Source: Shewanella electrica (GTDB lineage Bacteria > Pseudomonadota > Gammaproteobacteria > Enterobacterales > Shewanellaceae). From it: 64,000 nt of DNA. Positions within the stretch are counted from its first letter, which is position 1; every line of letters starts with the position of its first letter. The position numbers and the translations under genes are program-made. This document shows, in pieces, positions 20,334 to 31,060 of this stretch. The notes under the pieces were generated by a model that was not told the DNA's origin, did no database searches, and saw nothing but the letters and a program-made list of their open reading frames with translations. The DNA is taken from the NCBI RefSeq assembly GCF_022321485.1, contig NZ_JAKOGG010000004.1, forward strand, positions 50,156 through 114,155, read 5' to 3'.

Positions 20334-23300
20334 ATGCTGAACATTGCTAAATCCCTCGGACGGTTAAACTTTTCGATCCGGGTAACAGTGGTATCAGTAT
20401 TTATTATCGCTACCTTAATCACTGCATTGGTGGCGTTAACACTGCAATATCATTTTGCCTTCTCGTTAGCCAAAGATAACGTTGAGGATAATTTCCGCGA
20501 TTTTGGCGAAGAGGTGGGGCAAGCGCTCAAGCAGCTCGATGACTCGGCTGCCAGCACCGTCCGCATCTTAGCCAAGCAACAAACCTATAGCTCCATCGAC
20601 ACTATTCCTGAAAACACCTTAGATCTGTTCGCCGAATTCATGCGCACCAACGCAATGTTTAACGCTATCTACGTTGGTTTTAGCGGTGGCGATATCTATG
20701 AAGTGGTGAATCTGGATAGCGCAGCGATTATGCGACGCCAATACGAAGCCGATGCGAACGACCGTTGGTTGATTATCCAAGTGCGCGATATTGATGGTAA
20801 GCGTGTGCGACAGATGGCGTTTTTATCTGAGAACTATGAGGTGCGCCATACCCGCGAAGAGCCATCAAACTACTATGCTGATCGACGTTTGTGGTTTCGC
20901 CAATCCAACGCGCTAACGGTGAACAAAACCGAGCCTTATCTGTTTCAGAACCTGCAAGCTCCGGGGCAAACCTACTCATTGAAAGTGAATAATGGCCATG
21001 CGGTGATCGCGCTCGATATTGCCTTGAGTTCGGTGCTGCAATACTTCGCTACCAATATGAAAAACAGCCATGCCGAGGCGTATATCTATCAGCCCTCGGG
21101 GAGTTTGATCGCTGCCGTCAATCAAAAGATAACCGAGAATGATCTGCCGCAGATGCCAAAACTCAATTGGACTGCAGAGCAGCAGCAAATATTGGCGAAA
21201 TATCCTGAGATCAAAGTGTCCAATGAGACCAATTGGTCGCCAATAGATTTTATGATCTCTGGCGAACCCTCTGGCTACAGCGTCGATTTTCTACGCATGG
21301 TGGCGCAGGCGATGGGGGTGCATTTTAATTTTGTGAATGGGGTCAGTTGGTCTGAGTTATTGCAGCTTTACCAGCAAGATGACATCGATATGTTGCAGTC
21401 AGTCAATAAGAGTATCGGTAACAGCCATTTGGGAGAGTTCTCCGATGCTTATCTTGACCTGCCATTTGCGCTAGTGACTAGCGATCAACAGCCAGATTTA
21501 TACAACATCGCCTCCTTGTACGGTAAAACTATCGCCATCCCCCAAGGGTGGACCATAGTGAAATATATTCAGCGCAAATTCCCACAGATCCGCGTGGTTG
21601 AATTGCCCACAACTAAAGATGTATTACAAGCGGTGGCGAGTGGCAAAGTATTTGGCGGGATTGATTCTCATGCGGTGCTGAAATATGAAGCCGCTAACTA
21701 TTTTATCAGTGGCTTACGTTATCAAACGCAGCTCGATCTCAACAGTCTTGGTGTACCCAGTGAGTTACACCTTGTCGTGAAAACCGCCGATGCTGAGCTG
21801 TTGCCGCTATTAAACCAAGCAATGAAAGAGGTTAATGCGCGCCACAGCCAACTGCTGAGTAAACATTGGTTAGGTGAGCAATGGCAGCAAGAGCATTCCA
21901 CCACCGTGCCGTATCAAAAGTTTATTGAGTTTGCTACGGACGCCACTAAGCAAAATCAACTGATTCAGACGGCGGAGCAGGGCAAAGATTTTTTTGTCTA
22001 CGTCACTCGTGTTGATGAAGCTGAGAGCTACACCCATTATCTGGCGGTATTGCTGCCACGTAATGACTTATTGGAACCAGCAATCAAACGGGTAGCCATT
22101 TCGCTGGCGATTACCATCGGCGTGCTGATACTGCTCAGTCCCGCATCGTGGTTATTTTCGGGGCCGATTGTGTCACCCATTCGGCGGTTGGCGATTGAAA
22201 ACGAAAAAATCCGCAATCGTCAGTATGACAAGTTGGATATTCCCAATAGCAGCATCACTGAAGTGCATAATCTGGGGCAGTCAATTAAAGAGATGGCGAG
22301 TGCCATTCAAACACATGAACAGAGCCAGCAAGAGCTGTTAGATGCCTTTATTCAACTGATAGCACAAGCCATTGACTATAAATCGCCTTATACCGCAGGC
22401 CATTGTTTACGGGTGCCTGAGCTAGCGTTGATGCTGGCGAAGCAGGCACACGATAGTGATACGCCAGCGTTTGCTGATTTCAAATTCAACACTAACTCGG
22501 AGTGGCGTGAATTCCGCGTCGGCGCGTGGTTACACGACTGTGGCAAGATCACCACACCGGAGCATATTGTTGATAAAGGCTCCAAGTTAGAGGTGATTTA
22601 TAACCGTATCCATGAAGTTCGTATGCGCTTTGAGGTGCTCCTGCGCGATGCCGATATTGAGTACTGGCGAGCATTGAATAAAACACCGGAAAAACAGGCG
22701 CTACTGGCGCAGCAGCGCGAAGTTAAGCGCGCACAGATCATGGATGACTTTGCTTTTGTTGCTAAAACCAACGTCGGTGGCGAGCAGCTCAGTGACGCGG
22801 ATAAGGCGCGCTTAGTCAATATCAGTAAACAAAGTTGGACGCGTCATCTCAGTGATCGCCTCGGTTTGTCGCCATTAGAGGAACGCATGTATCACAGCTT
22901 GGAACCGGAAGAGTCGTTACCGGCCACCGAACAGGTGTTGAGTGACAAACCGATCCACGAAGTTCCTCGCTTCCACAGCACGGATTATCCAGAACATCTC
23001 GGTATCAAAATGGATATTCCTAAGCTGCTGTATCATCGTGGGGAGTTGCATAACTTAATGATTGAACGCGGCACCTTAACCGCCGAAGATCGCTTCAAAA
23101 TCAATGAGCATATTGTGAATACGATTCAGATGCTCGACACCTTGCCGTTCCCGCCAGAACTGAGCAAAGTGCCACGTTACGCCTCAACCCACCATGAAAC
23201 TTTAGACGGCCGCGGTTATCCACGTAAGCTCACCGCCGATGACCTGTCGGTGCCTGAACGCATCATGGTATTGGCCGATATTTTTGAAGCGCTTACCGCG

Positions 23301-23513
23301 AATGATCGTCCTTATAAAAAGGCCAAACCCGTCAGCGTGTCGCTCAAGATTTTGGCGCAGATGGTCAAAGATGGGCATGTGGATGAAGACGTCTTTAAAC
23401 TGTTTTTAAGCTCCGGTATCTATCTCGATTATGCGCGCCGTTATTTGGCGCCAGAACAGATTGATGCGGTGGATATTGAGCAGTTTATGGATGTTAAATG
23501 GCGCAAAGATTAG
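20334..23513 (+). CDS. Membrane-anchored sensor with a periplasmic Cache-like region, an SBP_bac_3 solute-binding domain and a cytoplasmic HD-GYP c-di-GMP phosphodiesterase
   Basis: TM1 VTVVSVFIIATLITALVALTL. A periplasmic stretch of about 550 aa includes an amino-acid-binding-protein-like block (NWSPIDFMISGEPSGYSVDFLRMVAQAMGV...). TM2 VAISLAITIGVLILL. The HD-GYP domain has HD (AWLHDCGKITTPEHI) and HHETLDGRGYP motifs. Confidence 0.8.
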   Translation: MLNIAKSLGRLNFSIRVTVVSVFIIATLITALVALTLQYHFAFSLAKDNVEDNFRDFGEEVGQALKQLDDSAASTVRILAKQQTYSSIDTIPENTLDLFAEFMRTNAMFNAIYVGFSGGDIYEVVNLDSAAIMRRQYEADANDRWLIIQVRDIDGKRVRQMAFLSENYEVRHTREEPSNYYADRRLWFRQSNALTVNKTEPYLFQNLQAPGQTYSLKVNNGHAVIALDIALSSVLQYFATNMKNSHAEAYIYQPSGSLIAAVNQKITENDLPQMPKLNWTAEQQQILAKYPEIKVSNETNWSPIDFMISGEPSGYSVDFLRMVAQAMGVHFNFVNGVSWSELLQLYQQDDIDMLQSVNKSIGNSHLGEFSDAYLDLPFALVTSDQQPDLYNIASLYGKTIAIPQGWTIVKYIQRKFPQIRVVELPTTKDVLQAVASGKVFGGIDSHAVLKYEAANYFISGLRYQTQLDLNSLGVPSELHLVVKTADAELLPLLNQAMKEVNARHSQLLSKHWLGEQWQQEHSTTVPYQKFIEFATDATKQNQLIQTAEQGKDFFVYVTRVDEAESYTHYLAVLLPRNDLLEPAIKRVAISLAITIGVLILLSPASWLFSGPIVSPIRRLAIENEKIRNRQYDKLDIPNSSITEVHNLGQSIKEMASAIQTHEQSQQELLDAFIQLIAQAIDYKSPYTAGHCLRVPELALMLAKQAHDSDTPAFADFKFNTNSEWREFRVGAWLHDCGKITTPEHIVDKGSKLEVIYNRIHEVRMRFEVLLRDADIEYWRALNKTPEKQALLAQQREVKRAQIMDDFAFVAKTNVGGEQLSDADKARLVNISKQSWTRHLSDRLGLSPLEERMYHSLEPEESLPATEQVLSDKPIHEVPRFHSTDYPEHLGIKMDIPKLLYHRGELHNLMIERGTLTAEDRFKINEHIVNTIQMLDTLPFPPELSKVPRYASTHHETLDGRGYPRKLTADDLSVPERIMVLADIFEALTANDRPYKKAKPVSVSLKILAQMVKDGHVDEDVFKLFLSSGIYLDYARRYLAPEQIDAVDIEQFMDVKWRKD

Positions 23514-23696
23514 CGTGAATTTGGCGCTGAGCAGCAGCTGCAATTTTTACCCGCTTGTCGGCAGATATTGCAGTCTTTAAACGCATAGAAACTACGGGTT
23601 TTTATTTATTTTCATAAATATCATATAGATAATAAGTTGGCATGATGTTGGCTCCTGCTTAAGTGACCGCAACAACTTGAGCAAAGGAGTCTCATT

Positions 23697-24017
23697 ATGG
23701 CAACTACAACAACTGCTAAGAAAACTACCGCCGCTGCTGAAGATAAAGCACACAGCAACATTGATCGTGCAGCAAACGCGGCGCATAACGGGGTTGATAA
23801 AGCGGCAGATGTCGCTCAGTCAGGCCAAGAGAAAGTGCAAGATGTCGCGCAACAGATTTCAGCGCAAGCGCACCATATGGCCGAACAGGCAAAGCAGCAA
23901 TCTGAGCGAGTCTCTGACGCCGTGTCCAATTACACCAAGGAACATCCAGTGAAATCCGTGGGTATCGCCTTCTTGGCAGGTGCTGTCGCGGCTGGCTTGT
24001 TGCTGCGTCGTCACTAA
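23697..24017 (+). CDS. yqjD: ElaB/YqjD/DUF883 family ribosome- and membrane-associated stress protein
   Basis: A hydrophilic helical N-terminus and a C-terminal TM anchor HPVKSVGIAFLAGAVAAGLLLRRH are typical of YqjD/ElaB/YgaM. Confidence 0.75.
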   Translation: MATTTTAKKTTAAAEDKAHSNIDRAANAAHNGVDKAADVAQSGQEKVQDVAQQISAQAHHMAEQAKQQSERVSDAVSNYTKEHPVKSVGIAFLAGAVAAGLLLRRH

Positions 24018-24038
24018 TCGGCTTGTCGCTGGAGGCCA

Positions 24039-24410
24039 GTGATGTCTGAATCAACTTCCACCAACGAGCAACCACTCACGGCATTATGGGCGAGCCATAA
24101 ACGATGGCTCGCCAAGCTGTTGCAGCTGGGGGCGCTGGAAAGCAAAATTTGGCTGACATCGAGCGCACAGTTACTGGCGCTGATGTGCGGCATGCTGATG
24201 TTACTTACCAGCGCGTGGCTGCTGACATTGGCTATGGTGGCAGTGTTGTTGTGGCAGGCTGGCCTACCGCTGGTGGCCGTCATGGCGTTAATGGTGTTGC
24301 TGCTGTTACTCAGCGCCGTGCTGGTTTACGGTGTCATTCGGCTAACATTGCAGCGCATGGATATTAGTCGTTCGCTAGAGTTGTTACTGCATAGTCAGGA
24401 GGATGAGTGA
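24039..24410 (+). CDS. yqjE: YqjE-like inner-membrane protein
   Basis: Two long hydrophobic helices. It is collinear and co-oriented with yqjD as in the enteric yqjD-yqjE-yqjK operon. Confidence 0.55.
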   Translation: MMSESTSTNEQPLTALWASHKRWLAKLLQLGALESKIWLTSSAQLLALMCGMLMLLTSAWLLTLAMVAVLLWQAGLPLVAVMALMVLLLLLSAVLVYGVIRLTLQRMDISRSLELLLHSQEDE

Positions 24411-24706
24411 TGGGGCCGATGAAATCGTTACTGCGCCAACGTAAGTTACTGCATGCAGAACTGAACCTAGCCGCTGAGCAGGCTAAGCTGCGACGCCAAC
24501 AGGCCTATTATGCTGTTGAACAACAGCTAAGTAAGCCGGAATCCTTGTTCGCCAGTTTCGCGCTTGGTTGGTGTTCCTCTGCGGCGGGTCCGCGACTCGG
24601 CCGCTTGAATCTACTTACCAAGCTGTCACCACTCCTGTGGCAATTCAGTTTGCAACAGCTATTACAGCAAGACCGTACCACTCAAGTATCAAAGAATGAA
24701 CCATAA
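24407..24706 (+). CDS. yqjK: YqjK-like small protein
   Basis: Overlapping ATGA junction with the yqjE-like gene. About 100 aa with an N-terminal basic coiled segment, matching the position and size of YqjK. Confidence 0.45.
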   Translation: MMGPMKSLLRQRKLLHAELNLAAEQAKLRRQQAYYAVEQQLSKPESLFASFALGWCSSAAGPRLGRLNLLTKLSPLLWQFSLQQLLQQDRTTQVSKNEP

Positions 24707-24796
24707 CGGCGAACATTACTGTTCAAAAGCTACGCAATGAAATAATTTGCTTTATTTGTTACGCATTGGAGATTATTTTTATCGAAAGCCCCGTCA

Positions 24797-25267
24797 TTGG
24801 ATGCCGTAATGAAGCTGGATAATACCGATAAAACGCTCCTCAACCTGTTACAACAAGACGCCACCATCTCGCTTAATGAGCTGGCTGAGCAGGTTAACCT
24901 CACCACTACACCTTGTTGGAAACGCCTAAAACGGCTAGAAGAAGCGGGCGTTATTGCCAAGCGTGTGGCGCTGCTCGATCCGGAAAAACTCGGTCTAGAA
25001 CTCACTGCGTTCGTGTTGGTGGTCACCAATAATCACTCGCACGAGTGGTATCAGTGCTTCGTGGATAAGGTCAGCGAATTTGCCGAAGTGATGGAATTTT
25101 ACCGTATGGCGGGTGAGTACGATTACATGATGAAAGTGCAAGTCGCGGATATGAAAAGCTTTGATGAGTTTTACAAGAAGCTGGTCAACAACGTTGCGGG
25201 CATTTCTAAGGTCACCTCGACATTCGCTATGGAGTCGCTCAAATACTCCACAGCGTTGCCAGTGTAA
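24797..25267 (+). CDS. Lrp/AsnC-family transcriptional regulator
   Basis: N-terminal [51 protein letters not shown] plus a C-terminal RAM domain. It is convergent with, and tail-to-tail overlapping, the yhaM-like gene. The start could be the ATG at 24812. Confidence 0.8.
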   Translation: MDAVMKLDNTDKTLLNLLQQDATISLNELAEQVNLTTTPCWKRLKRLEEAGVIAKRVALLDPEKLGLELTAFVLVVTNNHSHEWYQCFVDKVSEFAEVMEFYRMAGEYDYMMKVQVADMKSFDEFYKKLVNNVAGISKVTSTFAMESLKYSTALPV

Positions 25268-25270
25268 AGA

Positions 25271-26566
25271 TTACAGCGCTTTTTGCACCATGATGTCGAG
25301 GATCTGTTGATCGGTGTGCATCATGGCGCCGTTCGCCAATGCCGACAGGTTGCGAATGGAACTATCAACATCGTTAGCCACAATCCCTTCTTCACCTGTC
25401 ACACAGATGTTATCTATCGCCATCAGGCTCGATTTCATCGCGGCACCTGCAGAAGATGAAACCTTCATGGCGCAGGCGTTTTTAGCGCCGTCACAAATCA
25501 CTCCCGCCACATCACCAATCATGCTGCTTACGGCATAGCTGATCTGCTGATAGCTGCCGCCCAGCAGGTAAGTGATGCCCGCTGCCGAGCCCATGGCCGC
25601 AGTGGTTACCGCACACAACGCCGACAGCTTGTGCTGATGATGTTTGATATAGATGGCGAGCAGGTGCGACAGCATCAATGCACGCAACAATTGCTCATGG
25701 GTGGCTTTGAGATATTCAGCGGCGACGACCACCGGCATGGTGGCGGCAATGCCTTGGTTACCTGAGCCTGAGTTGCTCATGGCCGGTAACATGGCACCGC
25801 CCATGCGCGCATCAGATGCCGCAGCGGAACGGCTAATCACATCAGTGAGCAGGCCGCCGCTGATCAAACCGCGATCCACGTGACGTTGCAGCGTTGCCCC
25901 CACTTGTAAACCGTAGTCGGCGTTAAGCCCTTCCACGGACAACGCTTCGTTCAGCACTTTGGCTTGCTCAATAAAAGCAATCTCTGCCACGGGAACTTGG
26001 GTAATAAATTGGTAGATGTCCTGCACCGTGGTGTGCTGCGGCAACTTCACCGGACTTGCAACATCGCTGTGGCGGTCACTGGGTTGTACTAAGAACGTGG
26101 TAATACCATTCTCTTCAATCGACACCACGTGGGTGTGTTCATCAGCAATGGTGACGCGCACCGACTTGCCATTGGCAAATACAGTGACTTGCGCGAACAG
26201 TACCCGTTGTGTTGTTGCAACACTGACTTTGACCTTACCAATATCCATTAATGCCTTGGCTTGCTGTACATGGATAGGCGTTAAGGCGTGAAACACTTCT
26301 AAACCCGCTTCAGCATCACCGCCAAAAGCGCCCACCGCCGCGGCAATGGCGAGGCCATTCATTCCCGTTCCGGGCACTTTTACCCCCATACCATTTTTCA
26401 TCAAGTTGGGGGATACCTGCGCTTGAATACTTTGCGGTACGGCATTGAGTTTCTGACGCGCGATAGCGGCCGCGAGGCCAACAGAGACCGGTTCGGTACA
26501 TCCCAATGCAGGCAAAACTTCTGCCTTTACCGTGTTAATAAAAGTGGTCCATTGTGGGTTGGTCAT
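25271..26566 (-). CDS. yhaM: UPF0597/YhaM-family protein (L-cysteine desulfidase-like, serine-dehydratase-related)
   Basis: The N-terminus ...[19 protein letters not shown]...[31 protein letters not shown] is collinear with E. coli YhaM ([17 protein letters not shown]...[32 protein letters not shown]). Confidence 0.85.
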   Translation of the reverse strand: [431 protein letters not shown]

Positions 26567-26855
26567 CTACGTGCCTCAGCGTATCAGTTAATGAGCAACA
26601 AGATAGCGCGAATAGCAGAGAATTAAATTGCTATGTTTTCTAACTTTCCCGATTTTGGTAGTAAAAAATTCTACTTTTATCCAACAATGTAGGCTCGTGG
26701 TTGTTATTTCAGTAGGTGGTGATATTTGCTAGCGCTGGATGATAGCTCGGCCAAACGTCTGTTTAAAAAAACGTCATAAATTTGGCGAGATCGTTATCCC
26801 TTTCCTAAACTGCTTATATATCAAACAAAACATGGAACGTTTGGGAGCTAACTCG

Positions 26856-28883
26856 ATGCGTCTACAATCCATCAGAATCAAAATGATCCTTCCGATAGCC
26901 TTTCTGGCCGTCATCCTCATTGGTTTGTTCGCATTTATGGCCATTATGGGCACAGTGCAAGCCAACGCCATGAAACGTCAGGCTGAAACCTATTTTGAAG
27001 CGATCGCCGTGGTGCTCAATGCCGACCGCGACATCTATCAAGCACGTTTGGCCCAAGAACGTTTACTCAACGGTGAAGGCGAGCGCGAGGCCAATCAAAA
27101 AGATTTCAACGACAACGCCGACCAAGTTTATGAGCGCTTTCACAAGTACCTCGATTACCTCGCGGATGAGCCTGAAGTCATTGCACCATTTGGTAACTTT
27201 GAAGGGCTATTTCAGCAGTGGGTGCAAGCCAGCGCTACCGTGATGGATACCTCACAAGCATCGGTCTCGTTAGTGCAGGAGATGAAGCTGGGCGATACCG
27301 AGTTTATGCAGATGCGTAACATGTTGGATAAAGCTGGCGAAGCGTTGCGCGCTCACGCACAAGATGCGGAAAAGTACCAAACTGCGGATATTTCGGTATA
27401 TGTGGAAGCGATGGCGGAAGTCTTAAACGCCGACCGCGACATCTATCAAGCTCGGTTAGCATTACAAAAGTTGTTGCATCATGAAGGGGATTTTCAAGCT
27501 AACAAAGACTTCTTTGAGGAAAACGCAAAACAAGTGATTCAGCGTTTTCATAACTTTCGCAGTTTTATGGTGCGCAATCCTCAGCTATTAGAGCCGTACG
27601 CCAACTTTGATAGCTTATATAACAAGTGGTACGACAACAGTAAAACCTTGATTGCCTCACCAGATACGCTCAAGCAGCAAAGTTTGCCTGCAGATCAAGT
27701 GGTGATGGAGCAAAAATTTGCTGCCATCCGTAGCGTACTTGATAAAGCCGGTGAGGCGGTGCGGCTGCATGCGCGTGATGTGAAAGATCAAATAACCGCC
27801 AAAGTCGCTGGTTATCAGAAAATTGCTATGGTGGTGATCAGCATCGCTTTCGTCTTAGCTTTGATTGTCGGTTATATCGTGCCATTAAGGTTGACCCGTG
27901 AAGTGGAACATATCTCCACACGGATTAAGGAGATCGCCGCGGGCGATGGTGATCTCACCCAACGTATCAACAGTCGTGCTAAAGACGAATTGGGGGATTT
28001 AGCGGGAGAATTTGATGGTTTTGTTGAACATTTGCGCCATATCATCGGCAACATCCAGCAACAGTCTAGTGCGCTTGGTGCGACAACGGGTGAACTGAAC
28101 CGAGCCTCGGAGCAGGCGGGCGGTATCACTGCCGGATTAGTCCAAGCGTCTGAAGCGATTGTCAGCGCCGGTAGTGAAATGAATATGGCGAATCAGCAGA
28201 TGGCTGAACTGGCGAAAGGCACGGCCGATGAGGCTTACAACTCCAGTAGTTTGACCCAAACCGGTGTGTTAGCGGTCACCGCCTCCAATAAAGCGATCGA
28301 TAGCCTAGTGAGAGATATTGAGATCGCGCTGGAACGTTCTAATGTGCTGGAGCAAAGTTCGGCCGCGATTGCGTCGGTACTTGAAGTGATCCGCAAAATT
28401 GCCGAGCAAACTAACTTATTAGCTTTGAACGCCGCTATTGAAGCGGCCCGCGCGGGCGAACAAGGACGCGGTTTTGCGGTGGTGGCGGACGAAGTGCGTG
28501 TACTCGCCACGCGTACCCAAAGCAGTACTGACGAAATTGAAACCATGATTGAACGGCTAAAACTCAGTGTGAAAGAAGCATCTGAAGCGATTCGTAATAG
28601 TCGCGTCAACGCCGACAGTACCGTAACCAACTTTGAAGAGGTGATGCGCATTTTTGAAGGCCTGAGTGACTCCTCCGATAAAGTACAAGGCATGGCCGCA
28701 CAGACCGCCCAAGCGACGCAAGAGCAATCCACTGTCGCTAATCATATCAATCAGAATTTGGTGGAGCTGAAAGACCAAACCGAAGGCGTCAATCAGATGG
28801 CTGATCTGGTGCAACAACAGTCTTATCGTATCAATGAGCTGTATCAGTCGCTCAATAAACAAGTCGATAGTTTTAAAGTGTAA
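26856..28883 (+). CDS. Methyl-accepting chemotaxis protein with a duplicated helical periplasmic sensor (HBM-like)
   Basis: TM1 [23 protein letters not shown]. The periplasmic region holds two homologous modules, each with ...[14 protein letters not shown]... TM2 is followed by HAMP and the MCP signalling domain ([31 protein letters not shown]). A GGGAG RBS precedes the ATG at 26856. The track ORF begins at an upstream in-frame codon. Confidence 0.9.
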   Translation: MRLQSIRIKMILPIAFLAVILIGLFAFMAIMGTVQANAMKRQAETYFEAIAVVLNADRDIYQARLAQERLLNGEGEREANQKDFNDNADQVYERFHKYLDYLADEPEVIAPFGNFEGLFQQWVQASATVMDTSQASVSLVQEMKLGDTEFMQMRNMLDKAGEALRAHAQDAEKYQTADISVYVEAMAEVLNADRDIYQARLALQKLLHHEGDFQANKDFFEENAKQVIQRFHNFRSFMVRNPQLLEPYANFDSLYNKWYDNSKTLIASPDTLKQQSLPADQVVMEQKFAAIRSVLDKAGEAVRLHARDVKDQITAKVAGYQKIAMVVISIAFVLALIVGYIVPLRLTREVEHISTRIKEIAAGDGDLTQRINSRAKDELGDLAGEFDGFVEHLRHIIGNIQQQSSALGATTGELNRASEQAGGITAGLVQASEAIVSAGSEMNMANQQMAELAKGTADEAYNSSSLTQTGVLAVTASNKAIDSLVRDIEIALERSNVLEQSSAAIASVLEVIRKIAEQTNLLALNAAIEAARAGEQGRGFAVVADEVRVLATRTQSSTDEIETMIERLKLSVKEASEAIRNSRVNADSTVTNFEEVMRIFEGLSDSSDKVQGMAAQTAQATQEQSTVANHINQNLVELKDQTEGVNQMADLVQQQSYRINELYQSLNKQVDSFKV

Positions 28884-28894
28884 GGGCAATTATT

Positions 28895-28928
28895 GCGGTA
28901 GCGGCGCTCGGTCGTTACCGCATTTTGC
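28895..28928 (+). terminator. Rho-independent terminator after the MCP gene
   Basis: tgcggta...taccgca stem with a GC-rich loop, followed by ttttg. Confidence 0.55.
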
Positions 28929-28956
28929 GTTATGATGACGCATCATTCCTTATCTC

Positions 28957-29205
28957 ATGCAACTCATGGCTTGCGACGCGTGTGTTAGTGACGTATTCAA
29001 ACAAAAAATCGGCCGCTGCAAAACCTGCATGTGGCAGCTGACCGTACTGTCTGTGGTTTGTTGGCCGAGTTGGTTTTATTTCTTTTACGACCAGCCAACA
29101 TCGGTAAACTCCATCGCCTTGCTGTTTTTTAGCGGTGCCTTTACTGGCTTACTCACGTTGCACTTGTTGGTCTTGAGTTGGCGCAAGCTAACCGGGCGAC
29201 AATAG
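28957..29205 (+). CDS. Small Cys-containing membrane protein, hypothetical
   Basis: 82 aa with an N-terminal CDAC...C...C cluster followed by two hydrophobic helices. The RBS is weak. Confidence 0.3.
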   Translation: MQLMACDACVSDVFKQKIGRCKTCMWQLTVLSVVCWPSWFYFFYDQPTSVNSIALLFFSGAFTGLLTLHLLVLSWRKLTGRQ

Positions 29206-29283
29206 TTGCTCATCAGCGGCCGTTGATGACCGCCGATAACCGATACTGCTGGCCTTCTCATCCGTAATTTTGCCATTCAGCAA

Positions 29284-30894
29284 TCAATAATTTGCAGTGT
29301 TTAATGCTTGCAGTTGCTCCCAACGAATCCCGAATTTTGCCAGATACTTTTGCAACCGTGATGAATCATTGCTGCTGGCTTTTTGGGTGCGGCTCACATC
29401 AAACAACGCCCGTCCAGCCGCAGCGAGTGATGGCTGCTGCATACAGATGCTCAACACATAGTCGAGCTGATGGCGATCGAATTGATCGAGCTGCGCATCT
29501 GCTTCAGCGGTGAGTAACTGCTTACTTAAACTCTCAATTGATGTGCTGCTTTGCTGCCAGTCTTGCGTCAGCCGCGCAGTTTCATCCTGCACATCTTGCT
29601 CGGCAATGCGTGATGAATCCGCCAGCGTACACAGCCGCGTAATCGATGACGCTAAGTCGCGAAAGTTGCCGCGCCACTGCGAGCTGGGCGCGTGGGCAAA
29701 ACGCAAATACTGCTGTTTGGCTTCTTTATTAAAGCGGATGCGATTGCCTTGCTCGCGGCTAAAACGCTCCAGTTCAAAGTCGATATTGGCGTCGATATCT
29801 TCGCGACGATCTTTCAGCCCCGGCAGTTGATAACTCCACAGATTGATCCGCGCCAGCAAATCTTCACGAAATTCGCCGTTGGCAACGCTGGCGCGCAGAT
29901 CGCGATTGGTGCCAGCAATCAGTTGAAAGTTACTCTGCACCTCTTTGTCGCTGCCGACTGGATGGAAGGCACGGTTTTCAATGGCGCGCAGTAGCATAGC
30001 TTGTTCTTCTAACCCCAGTTCGCCCACTTCATCGAGAAACAGCAAACCGTTATTGGCGGCGCGCAGGAAACCGTCGCGCGCGCTGGCGGCACCAGTAAAG
30101 GCGCCTTTGGTGTGGCCAAACAGCGCCGCCATGGCGTTTTCACCTTTGAGCGTGGCGCAGTTCACCGTGACTAACTCACCGGTAACCGTGCCGCGGCGCT
30201 TTTTCAGTTGATAGATCCGCTGTGCCAGTTGGCTTTTACCCGCGCCGGTAGGGCCGGTTAACAGAATCGGCGCAGCGGAGCGAATGGCAACCTTTTCAAT
30301 TTGGGCGATCATGCGGTTGAAGTGAGTATTTTGGGTGGCGATGCCACCTTTCAAAAACTCGGTGCCTTGCTCGTGCTCGGCATCAAAACGGGTGGCAAGT
30401 TGATCGTATTTGGACAGATCTAAATCGATGATCTGTGCATGACCGCGCGCTTTATCTTCTGGTTGGCGGCTGGGTGATGTTTGGATTAAACGACCAGGGA
30501 AGTGGCGACTCTCGGTCAGCAAAAAACTACAGATCTGCGCCACGTGGGTGCCGGTGGTGATGTGGAACAGATAATCGTTGTTATCAATATCAAACTGAAA
30601 CTTGGCACAAAAATCATATAACTTGGCGTACACCTCGCCAAAATCCCACGGGTCGTCCAACTCCAACGTATGCAACTGCACTTGGGTTTCTGGTGACACG
30701 GTTTCGATATCCACTGCCACATTATTTGCTAAGCGCCAACTCTGTTGGTTGTGCAGCAAGTGCAGCTCATCAATCACTAACTGCTCTTGGCTCACCAAGC
30801 TGATATTTGGCCGCCAGCGCTCCCAACGTTTTTTGCCTTTACCGACCGAGTCGAGCTGCGTTCCGAGCAAACTAATTGCAATAGTCTTTCTCAT
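29284..30894 (-). CDS. rtcR: Sigma-54-dependent transcriptional activator RtcR (CARF sensor domain + AAA+ domain)
   Basis: Collinear with E. coli RtcR from MRKTIAISLLGT...RWERWRPNISL (CARF) through GPTGAGKSQLAQRIY, GHTKGAFTGA and GAF..WRGNFRDL to the C-terminal HTH. It is divergent from the rtcBA operon. Confidence 0.9.
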   Translation of the reverse strand: MRKTIAISLLGTQLDSVGKGKKRWERWRPNISLVSQEQLVIDELHLLHNQQSWRLANNVAVDIETVSPETQVQLHTLELDDPWDFGEVYAKLYDFCAKFQFDIDNNDYLFHITTGTHVAQICSFLLTESRHFPGRLIQTSPSRQPEDKARGHAQIIDLDLSKYDQLATRFDAEHEQGTEFLKGGIATQNTHFNRMIAQIEKVAIRSAAPILLTGPTGAGKSQLAQRIYQLKKRRGTVTGELVTVNCATLKGENAMAALFGHTKGAFTGAASARDGFLRAANNGLLFLDEVGELGLEEQAMLLRAIENRAFHPVGSDKEVQSNFQLIAGTNRDLRASVANGEFREDLLARINLWSYQLPGLKDRREDIDANIDFELERFSREQGNRIRFNKEAKQQYLRFAHAPSSQWRGNFRDLASSITRLCTLADSSRIAEQDVQDETARLTQDWQQSSTSIESLSKQLLTAEADAQLDQFDRHQLDYVLSICMQQPSLAAAGRALFDVSRTQKASSNDSSRLQKYLAKFGIRWEQLQALNTANY

Positions 30895-31044
30895 TGGTCT
30901 ATCCAAATAGATATTTAACTATCTTAATTTCATCATTTTATCGTTTATGTGGCAATGGGGAATCTATGGTTATTTGTCTTGGTTAAATTTATTGTCATTT
31001 AAAATCAATTGCTTGAGATTTTGTTTTACTGTTTATGCAGAAGT

Positions 31045-31060
31045 TGGCACGTGGGTTGTA
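31045..31060 (+). promoter_or_regulatory. Sigma-54 (-24/-12) promoter for the rtc operon
   Basis: TGGCACG-tggg-TTGTA matches TGGCACG-N4-TTGCW at 14 of 15 specified positions. It lies 130 bp upstream of the divergent rtcR start and upstream of the leader RNAs and the SPFH-rtcB-rtcA genes. Confidence 0.7.

Noticed and set aside
23592-24283. Overlapping alternative-frame ORFs around the yqjD/yqjE-like genes (23677-23952, 23725-24075, 24104-24367)
   Set aside because: The yqjD, yqjE and yqjK-like frames have family-typical architecture and operon logic. The other frames are Arg/Pro-rich shadow ORFs.
27000-27470. Direct nucleotide repeat, considered as a possible mobile or CRISPR-like repeat
   Set aside because: There are only two copies, both inside one ORF and in frame. 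They encode the duplicated sensor module of the MCP, so this is an intragenic domain duplication.
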